Assembly (NCBI RefSeq): GCF_006345805.1
Contig: NC_042999.1
Span: 6,634,001-6,698,000, forward strand
Length of the DNA stretch: 64,000 nucleotides
Reading direction: 5' to 3'
DNA from: Octopus sinensis
Taxonomy: Eukaryota
The notes below the pieces were generated by a model. The model worked only from the letters and a program-made list of their open reading frames with translations. It was not told the DNA's origin and made no database searches. This document shows, in pieces, positions 1-13,611 of this stretch (the stretch's first letter is position 1; each line of letters opens with the position of its first letter). The translations under genes were made by a program, and so were the position numbers.

Positions 1-182
1 AAGGTTTGCTTCCTTGGCAGGGCCAGAATAATCAGGAAAGTATTAGATAGCTGAAAAGAGCGAATAGCATGGTACCGTAGGCTGCAAGTAGTAAGCCTGC
101 TACGCATGCATGACTCCAAGAGCTCCTGCAAAACCAAGGAAAAAAATCCTTTCTACGAAAGACACAAGACTTGAAAGTTAGA

Positions 183-345
183 GGAGGGGATAAGTTGGTG
201 ACATCAACCTCAGTGCTCAACTGGTACTTAATTTATCGACCCCGAAATGATGAAAGGCAAAGCCAACCTCGGCGGAATTTGAACTCACAACGGATGGAAT
301 TTGTTGAGACTGATCCTACGACTCGATGCTCTAACTGTTACCAGC
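183..345 (-). mobile_element. SINE family B, diverged
   Basis: ctggtacttaatttatcgaccccgaaatgatgaaaggcaaagccaacctcggcggaatttgaactc. Confidence 0.75.
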
Positions 346-695
346 CTTACCTGTTACCAAGGAGAATAATATTTCTCTATGGTCACATATGTTTGTATGG
401 AAGATTGGAAACGAAGGGTACCGCTTGTGTGAAAGGGGACGTTCGTTTACAAATAACTCGCGACGCGATAGTTTTAGGATATATATGTGTATGTGTGTGT
501 ATCTATATATATATACACACGATGTTTTTACACTTTTACCATTGATTAACAAAACATATTGTTGAAACTAGTTTGGTACATATGTAAATAAATGTATTTT
601 AAACATTAACGAGTTTTTGAAATTTAAGTGCATTTTCGGCAACACATTTTCCTATATATTTTTTCCTGCGTGGAAACACCACTCTCTCTTTTTGC

Positions 696-798
696 TATAT
701 ATATATATATATATACACACACAACACATACATACATATATATATTATATATATATCTATATATATATATATATATAGATAATATATATATATATATA

Positions 799-835
<37 letters not shown>

Positions 836-880
836 ATATATATCTATATATATATATAATATATATATAAACGTACACAT
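696..880. repeat. (TA)n microsatellite
   Basis: Direct. Confidence 0.95.
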
Positions 881-1510
881 ACATGTATGTAAATATATAC
901 GAAAGGCTTCTTTCAGTCTCCATCTACCTAATTCACTCCCTTGCTCGGCGTTGTTGTTGGCTACATTTACTCAAGATTCCATTTAGTTGTATTGAACCTG
1001 AAACCACGTGGTTTGGAAGGAACCCTCTTAACCGTACACCAACGCCTATTCACTGCGTCGATTCATGGCGTATTTTCATTATATTTTGTCTCACATTGAT
1101 TTAGTGTGAAGGGGTGCTGTGCTCATGGCCTGCGCCGGCGCACTATGTTCGGTTCTTAGGCACCTTTAATTCCGAAGGGCAGAGTTTTAGAATAGAAAAG
1201 ACTGGGCGTAGAGATTAGAGTGGGGCTCGATGGGGGTTGAATATATTGGTGATGGGAGGAGATGAAACGGGTGAATGGAATTTGTAGACGTGGAGGTGGC
1301 GTAAGAACAATCAGCTTCTTATGTTCTACGACAATACTCCGCCATTCACTTTGCTCTGGTCGATAAAGAATTGGCGTTGATTCAAATGAATGCAGTTCTT
1401 TTCGAAAATTTATAGATTTTTACACAGGTTCGAAAAAAATCGTTACTGTAAGATAAGAAGATAAGAAGAAAATGAAGTTGGGAGAAAGAAAATTACATAT
1501 TTTAATTATA

Positions 1511-1884
1511 GGCGCAGGAGTGGCTGTGTGGTAAGTAGCTTGCTAACCAACCACACGGTTGCGGGTTCAGTCCCACTGCGTGGCATCTTGGGCAAGTGTC
1601 TTCTGCTATAGCCCCGGGCCGACCAATGCCTTGTGAGTGGATTTGGTAGACGGAAACTGAAAGAAGCCTGTCGTATATATGTATATATATAGTAATGTGT
1701 GTGTATTTGTGTGTCTGTGTTTGTCCCCCTAGCATTGCTTGACAACCGATGCTGGTGTGTTTAGGTCCCCGTCACTTAGCGGTTCGGCAAAAAGAGAGAC
1801 CGATAGAATAAGTACTAAAAGGTGGTGCTCCAGCATGGCCGCAGTCAATGACTGAAACAAGTAAAAGAGTAAAAGAGTAAAGAG
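1511..1884 (+). mobile_element. SINE family A (tRNA-like head, CORE-like ccttgggcaagt, internal TA/TG tract, (GTAAAAGA)n tail)
   Basis: Full-length copy; more than 12 related copies in the window. Confidence 0.9.
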
Positions 1885-1911
1885 TATATGTGTGTGTATG
1901 TATGTATTATA

Positions 1912-2114
1912 TACTCTTTTACTCTTTTACTCTTTTACTTGTTTCAGTCATTTGACTGCGGCCATGCTGGAGCACCGCCTTTAGTCGAGCAAATCGACCC
2001 CGGGATTTATTCTTTGTAAGCCCAGTACTTATTCTATCGGTCTCTTTTTGCCGATCCGCTAAGTGACGGGGACGTAAACATACCAGCATCGGTTGTCAAG
2101 CAATGCTAGGGGGA

Positions 2115-2157
<43 letters not shown>

Positions 2158-2326
2158 ATATATATATATACATATATACGACAGGCTTCTTTCAGTTTCC
2201 GTCTACCAAATCCACTCACAAGGCATTGGTCGGTCCGAGGCTATAGCAGAAGGCACTTGCCCAAGATGCCACGCAGCGGGACTGAACCCGGAACCATGTG
2301 GTTGGTTAGCAAGCTACTTACCACAC
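1912..2326 (-). mobile_element. SINE family A
   Basis: Reverse-complement copy, tail-to-tail with 1511-1884. Confidence 0.9.
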
Positions 2327-2659
2327 ATTTATATATAAATTAATCAGAGAACATACTAAGTTTGTCTACTTGCTGGAAATAATAGTCAAAACTATTATTT
2401 AAAACGCCAATGTCCTTTGATTAACTTTAATCCTTCAGCTATTTAATCCCATTTTTTGGGTGGGGTGGGGGAACTGCAATAGCCTATATTATTGATGCTG
2501 TTATCATTTTTAAATTGTTACACTAGATAATAACAGAGTCAATGGCATCTTTGCAAATTACATTTTCGTGAATTATATTTTCTCATGAATTATTTGCTCC
2601 GTATCGAAATATATTCATGAAATGCCAAACTTCTTACCACACAGCCACGCTGTGTGGCA

Positions 2660-2884
2660 GTGTGCCTTTGTGCTTGCGTTTGTCCACCACCACCACCGCT
2701 TGACAACCGGTGTTGGTGTGTTTACGTCCATCTAACTTAGCGGTTCGACTAAAGGAACTGATAGAATAAGTACCTGGCATAAAAGGAAAAATGAGTAGAG
2801 AGATCGATTCTTTCCAATAAAATGCTCCAAGGCGATGCTCCAGCATGGCCGCAGTCAAATGACTGAAACAAATAAAAGATAAAG
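2660..2884 (+). mobile_element. SINE family A, 3' half, diverged
   Basis: cttgacaaccggtgttggtgtgtttacg..ccagcatggccgcagtcaaatgactgaaac. Confidence 0.75.
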
Positions 2885-2907
2885 GACAATGTATATGTAT
2901 ATTACAC

Positions 2908-2954
<47 letters not shown>

Positions 2955-2964
2955 AATATATATA

Positions 2965-3334
2965 GGTGGCTGTGTGGTAAGTAGCTTGCTTCTCAACCAA
3001 ATGGGTCCGGGTTCAGTCCCACTGCGTAGCACCTTGGGCAAATGTCTATAGTCTCGGGCTGACCAAAGGGTTGTGAATGGATTTGGCAGATGGAAACTGA
3101 AAGAAGCCTGACGTATATATATATATGTATGTGTGTTTGTGTTTGCCCCAATCATCGCTGGACAACCGATATCGGTGTGTTTATGTCCCCGTAACTTAGT
3201 GGTTCGATAAAAAGAAACCGATAGAATAAGTACTAAGCTTACAAAGAATAAGTCCTGGGGTCGATTTGCTCGACTAAAAGTCAGTGCTCCAGCATGGCCA
3301 CAGTCAAATGACTGAAACAAGTAAAAGAATAAGA
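2965..3334 (+). mobile_element. SINE family A
   Basis: Homology to 1511-1884. Confidence 0.88.
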
Positions 3335-3499
3335 ACATATATATAGATATGTATGTGTGTGTATGTATTACATTTGAGGATTTGTGTTTTACCAGTGCTA
3401 CTCCACCCCCATCAGCGACAGGCTGATGTGTCTAGTGAAACAATGTCCAATTACTGTAGACTCTTATGACTCATCAGTCACTGGAGGTGGAGCTTATGA

Positions 3500-3790
3500 T
3501 AGAATGAGTGACTCATAAGATATTAAGGCGGAGTTTAAGCTCCACGACGCTCCGGCGGGGAGTGGGTGGTGAACCTCGCTGTACTCTTTCACCACAACTT
3601 TCTTTCACTCTTTCTTCCTACTTCTGCCACAAAGCAGAGGAATCATTGTTTAACCCACTATGGTGTGGTAAAAATTCAGACCCTAGTTTAGATTGTGAAT
3701 CCTCTGTACCCCAGGATGGTTCGGCTCTCCACCCGTTAAAAGCCACTGTTTACGGAATGAGGATAACAACATAGTTTTCGTGCCCGTACA
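3500..3790 (+). mobile_element. Diverged SINE-C-related fragment
   Basis: aagctccacgacgctccggc..gtactctttcaccacaacttt. Confidence 0.55.
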
Positions 3791-4406
3791 ACTGCCAGTC
3801 TATCGCGTGTGGTGGGTGGATCTTCAAGTTGCCACACACACTCTTAGTAGTTTAGAGTAGGCTCGAATTAGAGATTGTTCTTTGTGGCTAATGGCGTGAG
3901 TCCTGATTGGAAGAAGAAGAAGAAGAAGAAAGAAGAAGAAGAAGAAGAAGAAGAAGACAACAACAACTGTACAAAGCTTACGATCAAAGACGCTCCAGCT
4001 ATGACCATTACATGATTGAAGCGTTTGGTATTTTGGAATCCAGTTGCCATCCTAGAATCCATTGTGTTGCTGCAACTCTTCTATTTGTGCCGAGCCCAAA
4101 CCGTTATACCTCTACTACCGGTTCCTACGACCAATGGAATTAGAGGGGGTGGGTGGGGGTTAAAGCCGTTCAAAATTTATAAAACGTTAAAGAAACATTC
4201 AGCAGAAACTGGAAATAAATGTTGTAATATTTTTTTTAATGTAATTAAAAATAGAATAAGAAATGAAATGAAAAATAAAGAAAGCTTCTAATAATGCATA
4301 ACATTTTATATTTCGGGTGCAAAGGCCCATCTTCAGAAGAATACAATCAAAGAAACGTGTGTTTGCTTGGACATTTCTTTGAAAATATTATGTATTACTC
4401 TCTCTC

Positions 4407-4820
4407 TCTCTTTTACTCTTTTACTTGTTTCAGTCATTTGACAGCGGCCATGCTGGAGCACCGCCTTTAGTCGAGCAAATCGACTCCGGGACTTATTCTT
4501 TGTAAGCCCAGTACTTATTCTATCGGTCTCTTTTGCCGAACCGCTAAGTGACGGGGACGTAAAAACACCAGCATCGGTTGTCAAATAGTGCTAGGGCGAC
4601 AAACACAGACACACAAACACACATATATATATATATATATATATACATACATATATACGACGGGCTTCTTTCAGTTTCCGTCTACCAAATCCACTCACAA
4701 GGCTTTGGTCGGCCCGAGGCTCTAGTAGAAGACACTTGCCCAAGATGCCACGCAGTGGAACTGAACCCGGAACCATGTGGTTGGTAAACAAGCTACTTAC
4801 CACACAGCCACTCCTGCGCC
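4407..4820 (-). mobile_element. SINE family A
   Basis: Full-length reverse copy ending ctcctgcgcc. Confidence 0.9.
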
Positions 4821-5162
4821 TATTGTAAGAAGCTTTTCTTATTTCTCATTTCATTTGCTATTCTAATTCTGCACTACAATGCTTCAAGCAAACTACAACG
4901 CTCTTCTGTGACTAAAAGTATTTCATGAAGCATTAGTAGTTGAAATATGGCCAGACGGAAACTATACTGAAGCCAATTGGGTGGGTTGTAACTGTAATTC
5001 AAAGGATACAACTTTGTCACATTGATTCTGTTTGAGAATTACATTAACATGTCTGTGGAATATTCAGCCACTTGTACGTTAATTCAGGGGCAGATAATTC
5101 AATTGGTCACAACTGAATCCTCATTGGTGAACGACAGAGTTTCATCATTACTGGATCTAGGA

Positions 5163-5484
5163 GCACTCCGTCAATTACGACGACGAGGGTCCCAGCTGAT
5201 ACGATCAACGGAACAGCCTACTCATGAAATTAACGTGCAAGTGACTGAGCACTCCACAGACACGTGTACCCTCAACGTAGTTCTCAGGGAGATTCAGCGT
5301 GACACAAAGTGTGACAAGGCTGGCCCTTTGAAATACAGGTACAACTCATTTTTGCCAGCTGAGTGGACTGGAGCAACGTGAAATAAAGTGTCTTGCTCAA
5401 GGACTCAACGCGTCGCCGGGAATCGAACTCACGACCTTACAATCGTGAGCCGAATGCCCTAACCACTAAGCCACGCGCCTTCAC
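5163..5484 (-). mobile_element. SINE with SINE-C tail but a different tRNA-like head (ttgagcaagacact central domain)
   Basis: The tail matches SINE-C (gtgctcagtcacttgcacgttaatttc..gtaattgacggagtgc); head gtgaaggcgcgtggcttagtggttaggg. Confidence 0.85.
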
Positions 5485-7173
5485 TGGATCTACATTAGAA
5501 ATATACATTCAATCTGTCTGTACGTTTGGATTAATCCTTCTTTAAGCTAAAGCCACAGGGAAAATTCTGCTCAGTGAAGGAACCGTCTATCAGCAAAACC
5601 GTTATGAAGTGTTTCCACAAGCCACAAAGATCAGGGTGGTTCCATTTGTGGGTTCTTTACAGTTAAAAGGGACTGGTCAGCAACTGATGGGCTAAAAGGG
5701 ATACTGCGTGGTACCATTGACAAGGAGACAAATTCCTTACTCCGTTGATTCCGACAAATTCCTTACTACGTCAATTATGGCTCTCCAGTTGAAAGTTTCC
5801 AAATGTGTTATCCTTTTGTAGTTGGCCAAGTCTCGTGTTTTGATCAGCTTTGAATAGGTTCTGGAAAGCCATCGGAAAATGTACAGGAAATAATTTAGAA
5901 TCTTTTCAGAATTCTAAATACCAGGGAATTATCATAAGATAGTATCTCATACCGAATTATAGAAATCTAATTTCCAAACGAAATAGGAAGAAAAAGAATT
6001 CTGGTGGAGTAAATAAATTCTATACAATGTTAGATAGAAGAGATGAATATAAATTGAAAGAAAATAAAAGTAAACAGAATTGGTATCTGTTGCTATGTAG
6101 GAAGAAATGGTAAGCCAATTAGAGAACAAACGTCTTTGACACGAGTTCATGTAGAACGATATGTGATTGCATTTTAATTTATTAAACTAATACAAATGAT
6201 ATTCCAGTGAATTCGTCTATAAATCTAATCTGCTGCTAGGCTTATCACGACATCATGAAAACTGCAACGGTCGTTGTTCTTTAAATATATTTCTTACAAC
6301 ATTTTCTCCATAACTCATTTCGTTCCAACTGTGTTTTATTGTGCTTAACTCACAAACAATTATTGAATTTTTATTATTTTGCAATTCATTCTGAAATTAT
6401 GGCGGTGCAGTAGTCACTCAATAAAAGCAGCGTATGTATGTTTTTTGATTTAAATTTCCATTTTACAAATCGATAATAAAACATTTTATTTCAAAGAATA
6501 AAGAAATCATGTTATATAAGTTATAATACAATTGGAATTGGACGGTTTACCCGTAGAAATAAATATTGAAGTGGAATTCTATAAGATCATTTTAAACCAA
6601 TTCACCGGTTTTCCTGAAAAACTAACACCTCCCGTCGTTATCGGAGCGCGGTTGTTTTTACTGAACGCCTAAGTTTTCTGTTGAAAAGATGAAGTCCTGA
6701 TAATATGCTCAATGAAGGACTGCAACAAAAAGGTTGTAGTTGTGACGGCTGCCTTGATATCAGGAAGTTTTTCTTAAGCTATTGTAAGTTATTGTTATAG
6801 GTTTGATAACAACGAGTAGATTCTAGTTACAGCGTATCACACTCGTTTGGCTTTTCTGGACGGATCTATAACGTAGATCTCTCGGGCCGAATAGGGACAG
6901 TTATACCTAATCGCAATCATAATATGTATCGAAGTAAACAGATAAAGGAAGCAATATGCATCATAACAACGTTATTAATAACAAAAACAGGGAAAAATTT
7001 GAGTCGTTAGCGATGTTTGTGAGCAGAAATGAATGGGAAAATTGAGTTAGGGATTAGACTAAACATTGTGACGGGCTGCACGTCTTATAGACCCGTTCTA
7101 GTCTGTTCTAACCTCGAAGTAATCTATATTTTACAGCTACAAACAACATGGGTCTATAATCCATTTGACTGAT

Positions 7174-7541
7174 TCTTTTACTTGCTTCAGTCATTTGACT
7201 GCGGCCATGCTGGAGCACCGCCTTTATCGAGCAAATCGAACCCAGAACTTATTCTTTGTAAGCCTAGTACTTATTCTATCGGTTTCTTTTGCCGAACCGC
7301 TAAGTTACGGGAACGTAAACAAACCAGCATTGATTGTCAAGCGATGTTGGGAGGGAACAAACACAGACACACAAACACACACACACACATACGACGGGCT
7401 TCTTTCAGTTTCCGTCTGCCAAATCCATTCACAAGGCTTTGGTCGGCCCGAGGCTATAGTAGAAGGTGCCACGCAGTGGGACTGAACCCAGAATCATGTG
7501 GTTGGTAAGCAAGCTACTTACCACACAGCCACTCCTGCGCC
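7174..7541 (-). mobile_element. SINE family A
   Basis: Full-length reverse copy with a small internal deletion. Confidence 0.9.
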
Positions 7542-7774
7542 TATCGAAAGTTTATTTCACTTCACAGCTAATAATCTCCAGAAAAGTATGAATGTCACAA
7601 TTTTGCAAATATTGGATCTTTGTATCACGAAAAATGGAAAATAATTTTGAGATTCGTAATTAAAACATTCGATTGTGTGCCAGATTAGCATTAGAACTCT
7701 TGGAGTTTCGTAAACTTATCAATCCTGAGATGTGTCCCAGACCAAACTCCAGTATTTACTAACAATGAAGCGGG

Positions 7775-8030
7775 AAACTCTGGCGACGCGTTGTGTCCTT
7801 GAGCAAGACACTTTATTTCACGTCCACTCAGCTGGCGAAAATGAGTTGTACCTGTGATTCAAAAGGGCCCAGCCTTGTCACACTCTGAGTCACGCTGAAT
7901 CTCCCTGAGAACTACGTTAAGAGTATATGTGTCTGTGGAGTGCTCAGTCACTTGCACGTTAATTCCATGAGCACGTTAATTTCCGTTGATCGTATCAGCT
8001 GGGACCCTCGTCGTAACCGACGGAATGTCG
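7775..8030 (+). mobile_element. 5'-truncated copy of the 5163-5484 SINE type
   Basis: ggcgacgcgttgtgtccttgagcaagacact..gtaaccgacgga. Confidence 0.8.
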
Positions 8031-8895
8031 CTACAAACAGGAAACAATGACTAGACAATTGCTGAAACATCCCGGGAGTTCTGCATAAATGTATTGCTAA
8101 ATTGCTTATTGCTAAATTGCTAACAAAGTCATGGCCAAAGTCGTTCCAGTCGTGACCAATTCTTAATTCTTGATTTCATACATTATATATCAAGGTACTT
8201 CATCTGATATGTTCTTCTTTTCTAATTCATATGATGTGATGAGATAAATTTGGTCGCTATTTCTAGCAGGTCGAACCATCACTTAGTAGCTCCCTGCTAA
8301 AGGTAAATATTTCGCGATTAATTCTCATCCAATTTTCCCTTTTATTCAAGAACACTTATAATATAAGTTCCTTATATAATTCTCCATGATATATACCGAA
8401 TATCTGTCTTCTTAAAATTATATTTTTGTTTTCTTTGAAATTTCCAACGTGTAATTATCATTTCTTACCGTTTTTTCTTCAAATATTTTTAACACTTCAA
8501 TTTCAGACTTCTCTTCATTCCACCAAACTGTTTTCTTTTTCGAAATACAATATTACAAAAAACAAAAAAAAAACAAAACGAAACAAAACAAAAAAAAACA
8601 GTAAAAAATATAAAGCAACAGATGAAATATAGTAAAAATGCTTTTAGATCCATCTTTTAAACAACACAAACAACAACATAATTATAATTGTAAACACACA
8701 ATTTTCATAAAATTTTTTCTTTGCCTTTGTAAGAAAATTAATAAACAAACGAATAAATAAAAAAAATGGGAGCTTATAAATCTTCCATTTCTTGTGTTTC
8801 CATTCACTGCACCATTAACTCCAGCAAAATCTTTATTCTTCGACTGTTTCACAACTTCTACTAATCACAGTTGACCGACATGTTAATCGTTCTCT

Positions 8896-9007
8896 ACCAC
8901 ACACACACACACGCACAAATAAATATATATATATTTATACATAATTACACACGTACACACCACACACACACACACATATATATACACACACACACACACA
9001 TATATAT

Positions 9008-9041
<34 letters not shown>

Positions 9042-9287
9042 TATATATATATATATATATTTATACATGCATACATAATACACACGCACGTACACACACA
9101 CACACACAATATATATATATATATAAATATATATATATATATTATATATATATATATTTATGCATACATACATAATTACACACACACGTACACACACACA
9201 CATACACACACACACATATATATAAATATATACACGTACACACATACATATATATTTATACATGCACACATAATTACACACACACGT

Positions 9288-9320
<33 letters not shown>

Positions 9321-9342
9321 AATACACACATACACACACACA

Positions 9343-9383
<41 letters not shown>

Positions 9384-9921
9384 ACACATGCGCTATCGTC
9401 TCTGAATGGACCTTGTGACAAATGTTTCCTTCGCTCATTTCTTTCTCTTTCACCACCACCATCGCCGTCATCACATCATCATCACCATCACCATCATCGT
9501 CGTCGTTGTCGTCGTCATCATCGTCACCATTACCATCGTCATCAGCAGTAGCACATATTCTTTTCTTTCTCCTCCTCCTCCTCCTTCGTCTTCTTCTTCT
9601 TCTTCTCCTCCTCTCCGCTCCTCCCCTTCATCCACCCTTTTCTTCTTCTTCTTCTTCTTCTTCTTCTTCTTCTTCCTCTTCCTTCATCTCCTCCTCTTCC
9701 CCGTCATCACTGTCTGCGGCACTATTTTCCTCCTCCTCCACCCTCTCCCCTTCCTTCCCCCTCTCCTCTCCCCCCTCCAATGATTTCTCTCGCTTGAACG
9801 GAGAAGGAATCATAATTATAAAAACTGCACAATTGTTATTTTCCGCCATTCTTTACGACAAACGGCTTTTAACAGCAATAACAACAACAACAACAACAAC
9901 AAATCTCTCTCTCTCTCTTTC

Positions 9922-9992
<71 letters not shown>

Positions 9993-10245
9993 GTCTCTTT
10001 CTCTCTCTCACACGTTGGTTGCATTAAGGACCAGATAATAACAGTAGCAGCAATAACAGCAATGGCTCATACTACCACCACCACCACCACTACTACTACC
10101 ACCACTACAACTGCTGCTGCTGTCACTACAAATACTACTACTACTACCAATACTACTACCACCACCACTACCACCACTGTTGCTGCTGCTACTACTCCTA
10201 CTACCACCACCACCACCACTACCACTACTACTGCTGCTGCTGCTG

Positions 10246-10282
<37 letters not shown>

Positions 10283-10330
10283 CGACCGTATTGATGATAT
10301 AGGTGATGATGGTGATGATGATATTGATAA
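8896..10330. repeat. Compound microsatellite block (CA/TA, CAT, CTT/CCT, CT/CTGT, ACT/ACC)
   Basis: Direct; source of many spurious low-complexity ORFs. Confidence 0.95.
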
Positions 10331-10617
10331 TGTTGACGACGACGTTACTAAGATAGTAGGATAGGTTCCGGTCAGCACTGGGCTCGGCCATGACTAACCA
10401 ACTCCATCATTTATTTTTTTTGTTACATACTTTAGGCGCCATAGCCCATTCGAGGCATAATGAAATGATAACGTATTCTGTAGAATAACGGGTGTATGTG
10501 TGTGTGTGTGTGTATGTGTGTGTGTGTGTATGTGTGTGTGTATGTGTGTTTGTGTGCGTATGTGTGCGCATTGTTTAGTGAGAGAAAGAAGCATTACACT
10601 CTTGACCTACGAGACTG

Positions 10618-10649
<32 letters not shown>

Positions 10650-11025
10650 AGGGAGCAGAGGAGGAAGGAAAAAACCGGAATCCTGGGTTGGATGCTTGCA
10701 ACAGAGTGGTCTTTTCTAAAAAGGACCAGGTGAATGATGGAGAGCGGGTATGTTAAATTAGGTGGGGTGGATTAAGTTGACCACCCGAGAACAAGAACCA
10801 TCCATTCGGTTGGTTTCTGTTTAGATTACGTCGACATGACATCGTTAATTAATCTGTGAACAGCGAGATTTGAAACAATAGCTTCCATATTCATTCTTAA
10901 TACGGTCCTGGCATGTTCAAACGCATGAATATGCTAATCGCTGTTGTTTATGTCACAGGAGGACAACTCCGTTTTACGACGCCAAGAGTTCATAATACAC
11001 TTGACCCATTGGTGCAAAGGATTCT

Positions 11026-11585
11026 TGTTTCTATATTGCCTACAAGCGGCATAGAGGGGACAAACAAGGGCAGACAAACGGATTAAGACAATAATATCGA
11101 CTCCAGTGCGTAGCTGGTACATATTTAATCGACCCCGAAAGGTTGAAAGGCAAAGTCAACCTCTGCGGAATTTGAACTCAGAACGTAGTGGCAGACGAAA
11201 TACCTATTTCTATTTCTTTACTACCCACAAGGGGCTACCCACAGAGAGGACAGACAAGGACAGACAAACGGATTAAGTCGATTATATCGACCCCAATGCA
11301 TAACTGGTACTTATTTAATCGACCCCGAAAGGATGAAAGGTAAAGTCGACCTCGGAATTTGAACTCAGAACGTAGAGATGGACGAAATACCTATTTCTTT
11401 ATTACCCACAAGGGGCTAAACACAGAGGGGACAAACTAGGACAGACATAGGTATTAAGTCGAATACATCGACTCCAGTGCGTAACTGGTACTTAATTTAT
11501 CGACCCCGAAAGGATGAAAGGCAAAGATGGACGAAATACCGCTAAGTATTTCGCTCGGCGTGCTGACGATTCTCCCAGCTCGCCG
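11026..11585 (-). mobile_element. SINE family B trimer (tRNA-like head, Meta-domain-like gcctttcatcctttcggggtcgat core)
   Basis: Three units with one head; 20-bp TSD ccattggtgcaaaggattct at 11006-11025 and 11586-11605. Confidence 0.88.
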
Positions 11586-12264
11586 CCATTGGTGCAAAGG
11601 ATTCTGGTATACCTGTGTTTCGACATGTTGTGCATCGTCCGCCAGAAAATATTTATGTTCAAGAAACTGACTTTTTGAATTTCTATCAGTCAAGAGAAGA
11701 GATTTTTTTTAGAATGGTTAATGATATTTGACTGGTTAATAACGCAGTATTCTGTTTTCTAACAAGACATCCATGTTAAGTTGGATAGAAAGACTACCTC
11801 CTGATATTAATAGTGCTTCCGTCGCAAAAAATTAATTTTTAATATGCCTACTGGCTATTTGCGATATCAAAAATGATGCTGAAATTATAAATAACAGCGG
11901 GATTTGGCTGGCATGCAGTGTGTAGTGCTTTCCACCGAGGAGGTCCAACAGGCCAAAATCACGTGATAATGGAATTCCGGCGACCACGACAGACGGTCTG
12001 CTCAGATCTGTGTGTGTGTTGTTATGCACTAAGCGTCTATATGAGAGAATCTCTCCAGGCTAACAACGCATTATTCGGTTTTCTAGCTAGACACCCACGT
12101 TAAGCCAGGCATAAAGATTACATTTCAGTATTAATACTGTCTCCGTCGCTAATAATTTATTTGTCTGTGATTAACTTTTCACAGTGATAACATATATGAT
12201 AGTTTGTCAAAGGTTGTATTACAAAAAATAAACTTTCTGTTAATCTTTAAACAGTTGCCTATTC

Positions 12265-13036
12265 TTACCTCCGCCTTAGCGGAGGCAGAGGTATTGTTTT
12301 CAGTCGCGTTTGTTTGTCTGTTTGTCCGTGGACAAGATATCTCAAGAATTGTGGAGGCGCAATGGCCCAGTGGTTAGGGCAGCGTACTCGCGGTCATAGT
12401 ATCGCGGTTTCGATTCCCAGACCGGGCGTTGTGAGTGTTTATTGAGCGAAAACACCTAAAAGCTCCACGAGGCTCCGGCAGAGGATGGTGATCCCTGCTG
12501 TACTCTTTCACCACAACTTTCTCTCACTCTTACTTCCTCTTTCTGTTGTACCTGTATTTCAAAGGGCCGGCCTGGTCACTCTCTGTATCACGCTGAATAT
12601 CCCCGAGAACTACGTAAAGGGTGCACGTGTCTGTGGAGTGCTCAGCCACTTACACGTTAATTTCACGAGTAGGCTGTTCCGTTGATTCGGATCAACCGGA
12701 ACCCTCATCGTCGTAACCGACGGAGTGCTTCCCATCTCAAGAATTACTGAATGGATTCGGATGACGCTTTCAGGATGTTTGGCCTCATGACTGGCACAAA
12801 CTGATTAGATTTTGGGATCAATCCAGTACCGGAAAAGGATTCTGGATTATTTTTCCTGTTTTTTTTTAAAAATTAATTTTTGAGAGCGGTCGGGTTCATT
12901 TTTAGTATTCTCGTTTGTGAGAACAGTCGAGTTTATTTCAGATATTCTCATTTAAAAAAAAATCATCTCTGATTAATTGTTGAGAGGGCGTTGGTGTTGC
13001 CTTGGCAGTGGTTTGTGCTCTCTGAGTTCTCTAGTT
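12265..13036 (+). mobile_element. Helentron-associated (HINE/DINE-1-like) element interrupted by a SINE-C
   Basis: 5' ttacctccgcc..gcggagg plus a gtttgtttgtctgt microsatellite. The 3' end has a decayed subterminal inverted repeat (ccttggcagtggtt) and a small stem-loop gctctctgagt before ctagtt. Confidence 0.6.
12351..12733 (+). mobile_element. SINE family C (tRNA-like head; possibly OR1/OR2-type octopus SINE)
   Basis: A and B boxes (tggcccagtggttaggg; ggtttcgattccc); 12-bp TSD atctcaagaatt. The assignment to a published family name is tentative. Confidence 0.9.
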
Positions 13037-13139
13037 TAGTTCTGGTTCAGCCCTGTTACTAAAATTACTCCCATTTTAAATCGCAACCAAACAAAACACA
13101 TCCAACAATCATGTCTATAAAATTCTACAACTCAATCCA

Positions 13140-13345
13140 CAAGTTTGTGTTTTTGTGTCTTCTGTCTGCCCCCATCACTGCTTGACAGATGGTGTTTACG
13201 TCCCCGTAACTTAGCAGTTCGGCAAAGTGGTTCGATAGAATAAGTGCCAGGCTTAAAAGAAAAGGTACTGGGTTCGATTCATTCGAATAAAATTCTTCAA
13301 GGGGTTGCCCCAACATGGCCGCTGTCTAACAACTGAAATATGAAA
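13140..13345 (+). mobile_element. SINE family A, diverged 3' half
   Basis: ggtgtttacgtccccgtaacttagcagttcggcaaa..caacatggccgc. Confidence 0.65.
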
Positions 13346-13611
13346 ATAGTAACAAATAGTATTTTGTATTGCTACTAGTGTTTGCCTCAACATTGGTTCA
13401 TCTTGGTAAGCACCATCAGCTGTACGGACCCTTTGTCCCTTCGGCACCTCACTTCCGGCCTTACTATAGTTTCTGTAATATTGATTTACCAAGCCATGTC
13501 CCACTTTCAGAAACCCGTCCAACTAAACACTCTCTTCATTCTTCTCATGTGTTTCAGTCAAAAAGCAAACAAAACAAAATAACCCCCCCTCCAAAACACC
13601 GTCCACATCTA

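Noticed and set aside
2634-3338. 234-aa ORF and the many recurring 'RRASFSFRLPNPLTRLWSAR' and 'RPRKDERQSRPRRNLNSE' peptides
   Set aside because: Translations of SINE-A and SINE-B, not genes.
10425-10480. Candidate small exon after a polypyrimidine-like tract ending tttag
   Set aside because: Weak donor, unrecognisable peptide and no partner exons.
11026-11585. Regularly repeated units resembling a CRISPR or satellite array
   Set aside because: Units are SINE bodies without unique spacers; eukaryotic context with no cas genes.
12351-12430. tRNA-like sequences at SINE heads
   Set aside because: They have A/B boxes but no complete cloverleaf and run into SINE bodies; not tRNA genes.
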